Shown here piece by piece: positions 35,771-46,975 of a stretch of DNA of 64,000 bases. The notes under the pieces are model-generated. The model was not told where the DNA came from. It was given only the letters and a program-made list of their open reading frames with translations, and searched no databases. The first letter of the stretch is position 1. Every line of letters begins with the position of its first letter. Origin of the DNA: the human T2T-CHM13v2.0 reference genome, Homo sapiens; the NCBI RefSeq assembly GCF_009914755.1, contig NC_060935.1. One strand, given 5' to 3'. Position numbers and translations under genes: made by a program.

Positions 35771-37689
35771 AGAGAATTCTCATTACAATGCATTGGTTTG
35801 GCAGACTAGAGGTGAGTATTTCCATTGATGTTTGAAGAATAGACACTACTTTGCAGAGTCTCAAACCTACGACCAAGGAAGACCAATGTCATCTTTCAAA
35901 TTGTTCCTGGGACCCCAACATTAAATACGCTTTTCTTTTTAATTGCATTTCTATACAGTGTATGTTCTGAACCCAGCTACAGAAAAAGAAACTTGACTTA
36001 GTCCACATTTCATAGAAGATTTCTTTTTGTAGCTGTTATCTACTAATTATTTGTCTCTTTTTTTTTGTTTTGGTCTACTCAATAAGCCATTTCCACTTGA
36101 AGATTTAGTGCAGTGAACAATTTTTTCATAAAATGGTTTGTACTTAGGAAAATAAAGAACAAAGGAGTAAACCCTACTAAAGAGTCTTCTTGCTAGTTCA
36201 GCTCGTGACACAAAGAATAGTTGAAAAATTAAACACACCATAGAGTTAGTATTCAGAAATATCACATCTTAACATTTCTGAGTATTAAATGAAAGTAATG
36301 TTGGTTAAAGCAAAGGCACGTAATAAATGTTTGTTGATTATCAAACTGAATGACTTTGCCAAATAAAATGACAAGTGTATTTGCATATAACTATTTTATA
36401 ACAAGGGTAAATGATTTCACAGATCCTTTTAATGAATAGTATTTCATTCTTAACAGTTCTTCAACTGTCAGCAAAAGATTGCTCTCAACATTTTTTTCAG
36501 TCTGTTTTTTTTTAAAGAAACTTTTCTCACTCAATTTTGTCAACTCCTATGTCATATTTGCTTAGCCTGTATTTTTGGATATGAATTAAAACCACCAATA
36601 ATTTAAAAGTCCTTCTGCCCTTGGCTAGCAAGAAACAAAAAATGGCAAATGAGAAGGTGAAGCTACAAGTATGTGCACTTTGGTTCCCAAGTTACTCTGG
36701 TCCATTGCAGCTGCTGTGTTCCATTGTTAGGCTGTGCCCACCTGGGACAGAAGACAGAAATTAAAATAAGTTCAATTTTAAAAAAATGCATATCTTAGGA
36801 AAATGTTTAATATTATTTGCTCTTAAGAGAAGTTTTATTTATGAGCTATTAATTTCCCATTGTGAATAAGTTGTAATATAAATTCAGGAACCCAACTTTT
36901 CAGTCAGTTAAAACTTTAAAACCTAATGAGTTGAAACAATTGATTCTGCTCTTTCTCCTAGAGGGGGTGGAAAAAAAAATCAGGATCTTACGAAGAAAAT
37001 TTATTTTGTTTAATTAAAGGCACATTAATTAAGATGCTGTTTAATTCAATAATGGTGCCTTTAAAATGCATTTTTCATCTTTATTCTTTAAGGACAAATA
37101 AAGCAGTTATAAATCAGACATTCCTTTAATGTAAGGTGTGACTAGGAAAATATATGATTCATAATCTGAGAGAATGCTGATAAAAATAAATTTGCATTCA
37201 CAATCCTTAGCCTAAATGATATTGAATGTATTACAGCCAGGACTGGGCATAGGTTGAATTGTGAAATAGGCAAATTACATTTGTGGCCCCATTTTGGTCT
37301 CCTCTCTGTGGCTGTCCTCTGCCTTTCCGAAGTCTCATTCGATGCTATCTGCTACAATTTCCTTTGTACCTCCCAAGAGCAATTTTCAGAAAAATGGCAC
37401 ACATTATCTTGGTGGGGTAAATAGTTTTTCTGAGTTATGGAGAGAGACAAAGCTTTAGAAAAAAATATCAGAGGGGCCACAAAGGGATATTGTGGGGCTA
37501 TCAGTGAAGGTCCCCTCTTTATGACTTCCTTCTCAACCAGATTAACTACATTCATGTCTATTTTACATTTGAGTTTCTCTGTGAGATTTTGTTTGATAAA
37601 AGTGTTTCCCTGTTGGTAATGCAATCACAACCAAACAAAAACAAAAATGAACACAAAACCCTTACAAAGTCTGAGAAGTGCTGTCCTAA

Positions 37690-37890
37690 TGATAGGAATA
37701 TAGGCTATGGATTTGGATTCAGTCCCTGACTCCAGCAATCATTGCTTAAGCAAATTAGGCTTTCTGATTTTAATTCTCTTGATCCAAAAGCTTTAAAATA
37801 ATTATATATAAAGGACTGTTGTAATAATTAAAAGAAAGACCTTAGTCAAACAACAATTATAGTGCTTAGCATATGGTAGGGATATAAAAA
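37690..37890 (+). mobile_element. MIR SINE (diverged)
   Basis: 'atttggattcagtccctgactccagc...aggactgttgtaataattaaa...agtgcttagcatatggtagg'. Confidence 0.55.
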
Positions 37891-38669
37891 GCATAGTAGA
37901 TTAGCATGGCTCTTTCTAAATTCCGCTCCTACTTTACTACATTTCTTTAGTAAGTAACTTGTTGCTTGTCCTTTGTTATGTTGAGGTCACTTGTAATCAT
38001 TTATTTGGGTGTGGAGAGAGAAGCAAACGCAATGATGCTAATCAGTTTGAGACTTAAGTTAGAGATTGATTGGAGATGGTGGAAGACATCCTAAGCTCCT
38101 TGAAATGTGCCATCCACAGCCAAGGGCAAAATGCCACTCTTGCGCTTCATAATCAATGTCATTGTTCTTGTAATGGTTCAGCAAGGAGAGAGACTTGCCT
38201 GTTAAGTTAGTGCCTTGAAACAAGTAGACACGAAGTAATGCTAAACAAAGGCCACTGAGTGTAATTCTGTCCACAGCCGACTGTGTTTATTTTGGGGTGT
38301 GGAAAATTAAGAAACCCTGGCTTCCATTTCTTAGAAAGAAGCAGAGCCTGGATAGTCTTAAAACCAGACATGACAGCGTCAAAACAGCTTTTCCATCTGC
38401 CTCTCTTTTCATTTTCCAGAGTGGCCCAGCCCATTTAATGATGAGTGAGAGAAAATAGGACAGGGACTCACAAATCGTCTGTGTCATGCTGCCAAGAGTG
38501 AGCATGAGTCAATCTGATCAGTGAGATAGGCTGAAATTCCCTTAAAAATGTAGATTGTCCTAAATGGATTATCCAACCCTCTAGCCTGTCTTCTTTTCAC
38601 ACTGCTATATACTTTTTATTCGCTCTGAATAATTTTTACTCTACAAAGAAATAAAATATTCTATATTTT

Positions 38670-38880
38670 TATATCATTGTATAGTTTGCAAAGCATTTCA
38701 TGTTCATTATTTCATGTGATCATTGCATTAACTTTGTAATATTATATTGTATTCTGATTTTTTTGTTTTTCCAAAGAGGAAAGGGAGGTGCAGAAAGGAG
38801 AAATGACTTAGAGCAAGTCTCCGCATGACCCAAATGCTAGCAAATATACAATTGCCCCTGATTTCGTTCCAGGTATCTTG
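38670..38880 (-). mobile_element. MIR SINE
   Basis: 'agtttgcaaagcatttcatgttcattatttcatgtgatc...agaggaaagggaggtgcagaaaggagaaatgactt'. Confidence 0.65.
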
Positions 38881-39485
38881 GTAGTTAAACTGTGCTTCTT
38901 GCTATATTTTAAACCTCTTCATGCCTCATAACACTAGCATATGTTCATTTGGCTGCATCCTCTTGTCAGTTCTACTGGATGCTGGTCGTATCTTTATTGC
39001 CTGTTTTATTTTGATAAGAATGAAGAAGCATGCACTGTTTTCTTTTTTTCTTTGATACTTGACTAAAAAACACTTTAAATTCACCTGAATAATATTTTTT
39101 TTTAAAAAGCCCTACAACCATTTTTAATAACACCAATGCCTTTTGTGGATACCTAATTAACATAAATGAGTAAGTGTTAAAGATTTACTGCTCCCCATGG
39201 ATCTGAGCAGAGTAAACTTTCCTCTATTTAATTACATAGCATCATTTATCTTGAGGTGATTTGGGTAACTATAAAAAGAGATTGATTATTCATGTCTTTC
39301 TATACTTAGTTTCAAAATATCACACTCTGACTAATGTTTTTGAGATAATTAATTTTTATTTCACTCATGCTATCTGGTTTACTAATTTGTGAGAACTGTG
39401 ATATTTAAGTATTGAATACTACACTCTTTCAAGATTTATGGACATTATATGTTATGGAAAGAGTTATGCAGAAAACCCATACCTT

Positions 39486-39537
39486 AACTTTAAATAGTAG
39501 CTTAATTTAAAAACTTTAAATAGTAGCTTAATTTAAA
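39486..39537. repeat. Perfect 26-bp tandem duplication
   Basis: aactttaaatagtagcttaatttaaa occurs twice, at 39486-39511 and 39512-39537. Confidence 0.95.
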
Positions 39538-39770
39538 TATCTGAGATTATTTACAATTACTTGACAGAAAGTACTTTTATTTTCCTTTGAGAATGTCTTA
39601 TCATTATAATTATCCAAAAGTATTGTAGCCCTTTTCCAAAAGTATTTTTATGTTGGGTGGAATTTAGAATGTATTCAACAGATGTATTCGGTAAGCATAT
39701 GTGTTACGTGTGTATGTGTGTGTATATATAAGTGTATATGCGTATACATTTATATATATATATATGCTTA

Positions 39771-41459
39771 TGTGATGTGAGCTTTGAGGGTGTTGGTTTC
39801 TGGCCAGAAACCTCTGTGGTCAACAGTGCCTTTGCCTGACTTTTGCTGGGACCCACTGGGCTCTTTCTGCCTGCTTTGCCAGGCAGACTGCACTTAGCTC
39901 ATGCTATTGGCCTGGGTCCGTGCTTGCCAAGGGCAAATAGAGTGGTAAGGGGTGTGTGAGTGAGCAAGCATGGGGTCTGGCCACTGTGCACAGCCAGGCA
40001 CACTGGCTGCAGTGGGGCAGGCAGCTCCAGGCACTGGTACAGGTGCCGGCTCCCTGTGAGGCTATAGCTGCACAAGGTGTTACAACGAGCAGCTTCCATG
40101 GCTGGCACTGGGAAATGCAGTGACACCTGGAAGCTTGGAGACACTAGGAACCACAGAGCCCCAAAGAGTGTGTCACAGCTCTGGCTTGGGGAGCTCCTAG
40201 GTCTGGGTTCCCCAAAAGGCCACAGCTCTTCTTTCCTTCTCTCTTTTCTTGTCATCCGCAACATGGTGAGCAAGGGTCATGTTTGAGCCCTGTTTGTGTT
40301 ACAGCTCTTTCAGCGCCACCATTCAGCAGGTCCTGAGTTCTTTACCAGTGTCCAGGAAAAATGAGGTATGTGGACAAGTGGAGAGTGAGCAAGGTGAAGA
40401 GAAGCTTTAGTGAGTGACATAACAGCTCAGAGGAGACCCACAGTGGGTCACTACTCTCTGCAGGCAGGTTGTCCCAATGAGTGTTCAGCTCTCAGCAGAG
40501 AGGAGACCCACAGTGGGTAGCTCCTTTCTTTGGGTAGCTCTTCTCCACTACTGGTAGTCCTGATATCTGCTCAGCTCTCAGCAGAGGGGAAACCTTGGCA
40601 TAAGTAGCTCCTGTTCACAGGCAGGTCATCCTGTCATCTCTCTGAGTCTGGCTGAGTCTGGGGGTTTTATGGGCTTCAGAGGGGAGGAAGTGCATGCTGA
40701 TTGGTTCCTGGGTGGCCATGGGCAGCCCTGGAAAAGGCATCATAAGTTCTCATTCTGGTCCATGGAACTGACAGCCCAGCCCCCAGGCTTCAGGCCACCC
40801 CTGGCTTGAAGGTGGGGCTTCACCAGGGACCCACCCCTTTCTATCCTGGAGCCTGTCTGCCTCCTGCCCTCATCCATGGCACTGAGGCTGTTCTTGCCAA
40901 GGGGTGCCTGCAGGTCATCTGTGAGCTTCTCCGAGCATGCCCCGGGCCTCCCTCCCATCCTCGTCAGCACTCAAAGTCCAGAGTCAGCACTGTGTTGAGC
41001 GTGCACACACCTGGCTGGGTTGTGGCAGCACCCAGGCTTGGCCTCAATTTTACTCTGAGATTGGAGCAAGCACCAGGATCGGGGAGAGGCCAGGCAGCAG
41101 GAGCAGGCATATGCATACCTGTGGGGGAAGGAGGGCCTTCTCTGGCCCCTGAGAGTGCAGAGATGTTTGGGTCTGCAGCTGCAGCTTGGGCAGCTGCAGC
41201 TGTAGGTGGGAGGGTGGAGGTCCTGCTTACTCCCAGTCTCCAAGAGCAAAGGGGTGCCCAGGTCCAGAGCAGTGGCTGGGAAGCTGCAGCTGCACATGGG
41301 GAGTATGAGGTTCCCACCCTGCCAGTTCAGAAGGGTGCAGGGCTTCTGCCTATTCCTGGCTCCCACTGGCTCCATGGAGTGCACAACCCTGGCTGCACCT
41401 CCCCCATGGTAGCCAGCATCATGGCAGCGGCCACTCCAGATGGGCCACCACTGCCATCA
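39771..41459 (-). mobile_element. MER52A-like ERV1 solo LTR (1.7 kb)
   Basis: Minus strand starts 'tgatggcagtggtggcccatctggagtggccgctgccatga'; internal repeats 'cagctctcagcagagaggagacccacagtggg'; TG...CA ends; exact 4-bp TSD ctta (39767-39770 and 41460-41463). Confidence 0.9.
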
Positions 41460-41659
41460 CTTACACACACACATACATATATGTGTATATATATGATTAT
41501 GTAGAAAGAGTGCTACTCTACCAATAACCTAACATTATCTGTCTTTCTCTTTTCCTAGCATAATAAATGTGTTTGTGTGAATTTTTCATATTCCTCAGTT
41601 GTTTCCCTGTGTGACTAATAGCAAGGTTTGAGGAGACATATTGCTCATCTGAGGGTTGA

Positions 41660-41845
41660 TTTGGGCCTAAGTTTAAATCTCAGTTCTAACACTCTCAATA
41701 GCTATAGAATTCAGCTAACTTCTCAGATTTTAGGCTTCTCTATCTGTGAAATAATCCTTTATAAGTTTTTTTAAGGATTAAATGAGATAATATATGTAAT
41801 GTATGTAGTACAACGTCTGCCACAAATAGAAATTCAATAGATTTC
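41660..41845 (+). mobile_element. MIR SINE
   Basis: 'cctaagtttaaatctcagttctaacact...tctctatctgtgaaat...aggattaaatgagataatatatgtaa'. Confidence 0.7.
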
Positions 41846-42884
41846 TTTTTCTCTTTAATGAATCCTTTCTATTTTAAGGAGTTAACAACTATCACTGAAG
41901 AGGAAAAAGCTAAATAATGGCTAATCTAGTAGTTCAAATATGCTCTTGAATTCCTAGTACCTCTGCATTTATTAAATAAGCTAGTCAACCAGAGTTCCTC
42001 AAATAATCAACTTTCATTAGAGATCAAGATTTTTGTTTTTCACTGAATCCACTAATTTTTCATCATTGAATAAAGCAACTGGTATTTTCTGTAGTGGAAA
42101 CACATATGACTTCCATTTGAAACCATTTAAACTGAATACAGAGATCCAGGAAACAGACTGCAGTAGATCAGAGAGAATCCAGAACATTATTTTTTTAAAC
42201 ATATGAAAGATACAGGTTTGAATATCAGAAGCACCTGGCTTCCCTTTATAGATAGATGCCAACCAAATTAGGAATTCTTAGAAGAGAAGAGTTACATCAT
42301 TAAATAAAGGGTTTGGAGAAGAAACTGCCTGGATTTTCAATGTTCATCAACTATGGTTGTGCATATTTTACCAGGTTGCATTTTATTTTCCTTATTCTTA
42401 AAAATATCTATGTAGTTTCTAAAAACATTAGGCTCCATTTGTGCCAAGGTTAAAGTTTCTTCTCTTCGCAAGAATTCTAATGGAAAAAGCTCCATGTAGT
42501 ACATTCATTAGAGCAAATAAAAATAGCAAAGTGCTGCATTCCATTATGATTTCTGCATTTTCATTCTGTGAAATATTTAAACTAAGTACTAACATAATTT
42601 TTGTATTTGATAATGAGCTGATGTTTGTTAAATTCTATTTGTTTTTTCTTTGGGGAAGCAATGCTGAAGAACTCCTAGGCAGTGGGCTTTGGCAAGGACC
42701 TTTATTACATTTTGTTACTGCTGTATACAGCCTTTTGACATAAATTATCTTTTCAAGAAAAGTAATTGATTTTTTGAGTAAGGAATGATAAAGCAACTAC
42801 TAAATCTGATTTTTGTGCCATGCAAAAAGTAAAGCACTTCTCCACTGGTCACACCTTCGCATTTACCCACCCCAAGTCTAAATT

Positions 42885-43107
42885 TAATCCTGCTTGTGTG
42901 TACACCTATTACCTCTAGGTATTTTTACTCATAGCATTTGATGCATCGTGTTATCATGATTTACCTACCCTCTGTTATGATTATAATATTAATAGTATCC
43001 CCCTCATAGAAGTAACTTGTGTTATTTATATTTTTGACGAAGAACTAAACACAGTAGCTAGTGCCTAGAAGATGCTGCTGTACACAGGTTTATTGATTCA
43101 ATGAATG
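42885..43107 (+). mobile_element. L2 3' end fragment
   Basis: 'tcatagcatttgatgcatcgtgttat...aaacacagtagctagtgcctagaagatgct...ttattgattcaatgaatg'. Confidence 0.5.
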
Positions 43108-44479
43108 TTTTGCAACTCAACAAAAACTCTTCCCTAAGAGGGAAAATACAATGGTACTGGCTGCTTTACTCTTATGCCATCCCCTAGCTTTAGTGTTTCA
43201 ATTTTCACCAATCAATCCCTCCTAGTTAATTATCTTGAGTTGAAAACATAACTAGAATAAAAATCTCCTGTCACTTACAATCAATATTTACATGTATTCT
43301 CTGACTTCATAATTAATATTTAGATTTCTGTTTATGGACTTAGGCCAAAACTGTCTTCATAACTTTATTATAGATATATATGTAGATAGATAGATACAGA
43401 CAGATAAACAGATAGTAGATAGGTAGATGTTATCATTAAAGAAAGTATGATGTTAGTAATTTGTTTATAATTTTGCTTCAATAATTACTTTGTCTTAACA
43501 TTCTAGAATGAGGTTTTCTTAAATCTGGTATTTTATGAAGGTAAATGGTTGAATTTGTGGTTCATTCACTATGAGCTATGACAAAGGGTCCAATTTTCAA
43601 ATAATGCTCGTACTCTCAGCTCTTACCTGATGTTAAGGATACAAGCAACCAAATGGTGTAGGCACAGCAGAGAGAGGTCTTGGATATCCCATATGGCTTC
43701 CTAGGTCCTTCTTTCCTCATGAGACACATTTTGTGGCCTACAGTAACAGAAAAGGTTTGTAATCTAGGTATGCATGTCATCTTACAGTGTGAAGGCATTT
43801 AGATGATGAAAGGTCTGTAGTTTATGCCTAGAATATTCAACAGTTTTCATGACATTTTCCAGGGGTATGTGCTTCATAATTTCATAAATTCTAGTTTTAT
43901 TTCCCATAAGAAATCCTAAACCAAGGGCATCCTTTTAAGAACATTACACAGATAAGCATTCTTCTGCTAGCAAACATTATTAGTCTGTTACCAAAAGGTC
44001 CGTTATTAGCAAGTTTATAAAGAAATTCATCTGGAACCCTTTCCTTCTTCCCTCTGGGATTGTGTTTCCATTTTTGGTACACTAGCAGATCTGGGGCAGT
44101 TCCAGTAACCCTTTTCTCCTATGTCCACCTTCTGACATCAGTTAATAAATATCCATCACATATTTTTCAGGTTTTAACATTTTTTTATCCTACAAAAATT
44201 TTTTTGTGTTACTTAATGAAAAATGTAAGTACACTAACAGTCTAGTGGCCACCAGAATTTGAAGCATACAGTAGGGATAGAAAGCACCTTGTAAAGCATA
44301 TTAATGACGTACATATCTCTTCAGGGATCTTATATTCTTTAATCAGCTCAGTTACTCTTTTTGCTCCATCCTCAGTTATTTGAAAACGTTAATGTGTGTT
44401 GGTGGAGAGGCTTAATTTAGTTTTAATTTTTTTTACTGATTTTTAAGTTTCATTTTGTAAACATTATAATAGACTTATG

Positions 44480-45741
44480 ACCTTTATTTTAATTCCAACT
44501 TTTATCTTGGATTTGGGGTATACATATGCAGGTTTGTAACATGAGTATATTGCATGATGCTGAGGTGTGGAATATGGATGATCCCATCAGCCAGGTAGTA
44601 AGCATTGTACCCAAGGGGTAGTTTTTCAACCCGTTTCCTTTCCTTCCTTTCTAGCCTTCTAGTAGTCCTCAGTGCTTATTGTTCCCATCATTATGTCCGT
44701 GAGAACCCCAGATTTAGCTCCTACTTATAAGTGAGAATGTGTGGTGTCTGGTTTTCTGTTCCTTCATTAATTTGCTTGGGATAATGGCCTCCAGCTACAT
44801 CCATGTTGCTGCAAAGGACATGATTTATTTCTTTATATGGCCATGTGGTATTCCGTGGTGTTTATGTACCACATTTTCTTTTTCCAGTCCATAATTTATG
44901 AACACCTGGGTTAATTCCATGTATTTGCTATTGTGAATAATGCTAAGATAAACATATGTATGCATGTGTCTTTTTGGTAGAACAATTTATTTTCCTTTGG
45001 GTATATATCCAGTAATGAGATTGCTGGGTCAAATGGTAATTGTGTTTTAAGTTCTTTGAGAAATCTCTGAACTACTTTCCACAGTGGCTGAACTAATTTG
45101 CATTCCCACAAACTGTGTAAGTGTTCCCTTTCCCCTGCAGCCTTGCCAGCATCTGATATTTTTTGACTTTTTAATAATAGCCATTCTGTCTGGTGTGAGA
45201 CAGTATCTCACTGTGGTTTTGATTTGCATTTCCCTAATGGCTAGTGATATGGAGCATTTCTTCATATGTTTATCAGCTAGTTGAATGTCTTCTTTTGAGA
45301 AGTGTCTGTTCATGTCCTTTGCCCATTTTTTAAAATGGGGTTGTTTTTTGCTTGTTGATTTGTTTAAGTTCTTTGTAGATTCTGGATATTAGACCTTTGT
45401 CAGATGCATAGTTCGTGAATGTTTTCTCCTGTTCCGTGGGTTATCTGTTTACTCTGTTGATAATTTCATTTGCTGTGCAGAAGTCCCACTTGTCAATTTT
45501 TGTTTTTGTTGCAATTGCTTATGGGGATTTAGCCATAAAATCTTTGCTGAAGCTGATGTTCAAAGGGTATTTCCTAGGTTTTCTTCTAGGATTTCTATAA
45601 TTTGAGGTCTTACATTTAAATTTTTAGTCTATCTTGGTTAATATTTTGGGAGGTATATTGTGAGAGGTAGGGCTCCAGTTTCTTTTTTTTTTTTTTTTTT
45701 TGCATATGGATATCTAGTTTTCCCAACATAATTTATTGAAG
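44480..45741 (-). mobile_element. 5'-truncated L1PA15/16-like LINE-1 3' end
   Basis: 3' UTR 'gtatattgcatgatgctgaggtgtgg...cccatcagccaggtagtaagc'; ORF2 C-terminal remnants (ORFs 44911 '[11 protein letters not shown]' and 45047 'MNRHFSKEDI'). Confidence 0.9.
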
Positions 45742-46430
45742 AAACTGGAGCACATTATTCAGCAATCCCACTACTGGGTATATATGCAAAGGAAAGGAAA
45801 TAAGTATGTTGAAGAGATATCTGCACTATTATGTTTATTGCAGCATTATTCGCAATAACCAAAGTATGAAATTAACCTATGTCTATCAACTGATGAATGC
45901 ATAAGAATTTGTGGTGTATTTACACAATGAAATATGATTTAGCCATTACAGTGAATGAAATTCTGTCATTTGTGACAACATGAATGTGCTTGGAGAATAT
46001 TTTGCTAAGTAAAATAAGCCAGGCACAGAAAGACAAATACTGCATGTTCTCACTCATATGTGGAAGCTAAATGCATTGATTTCATCGAAGTAGAGAGTAG
46101 AATTGTGGTAACTACAGGTTAGGAAGGGTAGGGGGTAATGAGGATAGAGAGATGTTGGCTAATGGATACAAAATTACAGCTAGATAGGAGGAATAAGTTC
46201 TGGTGTTTTATACCATGTAGCATGCCTATAGTTAACAATACTTTATATTTTCAAATAGCTAGAAAAGAGGATTTTGAATGTTTCTAATACAAAGAAATGA
46301 TAAATATTTGAGGTGATAGGCACACTAAGTACTTTATTGGATCATTACACATTTTATACAGTATCAAAATATCACACCGTACTTCATAAACATGTACAAT
46401 TATTATATGTAAATTAAAAATAATAAAAAT
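45742..46430 (+). mobile_element. L1MA4/5-like 3' end
   Basis: 'cagcaatcccactactgggtatatat...ggatacaaaattacagctagataggaggaataagttctggtg...catgtacaattattatatgtaaattaaaaataataaaa'. Confidence 0.85.
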
Positions 46431-46975
46431 TAAGTATGTAACCAGCAATATCACTCTTAGATATACACTACAGAGAAACGGTTGCATTCGTAAATCAAAA
46501 GACATGTACAAGATAGTTTCATAGCAGTTTAATATGTAATATTGAAAAACTGGAGGAGACCCAAATGTACATCAGAGAGTAGATGAATAAATTATAGTAT
46601 ATTAATACAATGGAATGCCACGCAAAAAACCAAAAACTTCTACTATACATAACTGATCTTACAAATCATATATAATGTAGAATAAAAAGAATCATACAAC
46701 AATTATATTTTACTCAACTTATACAAAATTCAGAAACAGACAAAACTAATCTATGGTGATAGAAGTGAGAAGAGTGGTTACTTGGGGGTGAGATGATGGG
46801 GCTGGGGGTGTTGGTGCTATTGACATTAAAGATAAGAGAGCCCTGTTCTGGTGCTGGGAATCTATGTCTTGATCTGAGTGGTGATCATATGTGTATATAG
46901 TTAAGAATTCACTGAACTATATGCTTACCTATTTTTGCAGTGTACCTGTTATACCTCATTTACAAATTAAATTGA
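46431..46975 (+). mobile_element. L1ME-like 3' end
   Basis: 'acagacaaaactaatctatggtgatagaagtgagaagagtggttacttggggg...tcttgatctgagtggtgatcat'. Confidence 0.75.

Noticed and set aside
40420-40620. Spaced repeats 'cagctctcagcagagaggagacccacagtggg' as a CRISPR-like array
   Set aside because: These are degenerate internal tandem repeats of MER52 with no unique spacers, in eukaryotic DNA with no cas genes.
40806-41504. Longest ORF in the track (232 aa) and overlapping ORFs
   Set aside because: Almost entirely inside the GC-rich MER52A LTR, where stop codons are scarce; no recognisable domain.
44480-46430. Back-to-back opposite-strand L1 pieces as a twin-priming 5' inversion
   Set aside because: Each piece has its own different 3' UTR (L1PA15/16-like versus L1MA-like) and they cover overlapping L1 coordinates, so they are two separate insertions.
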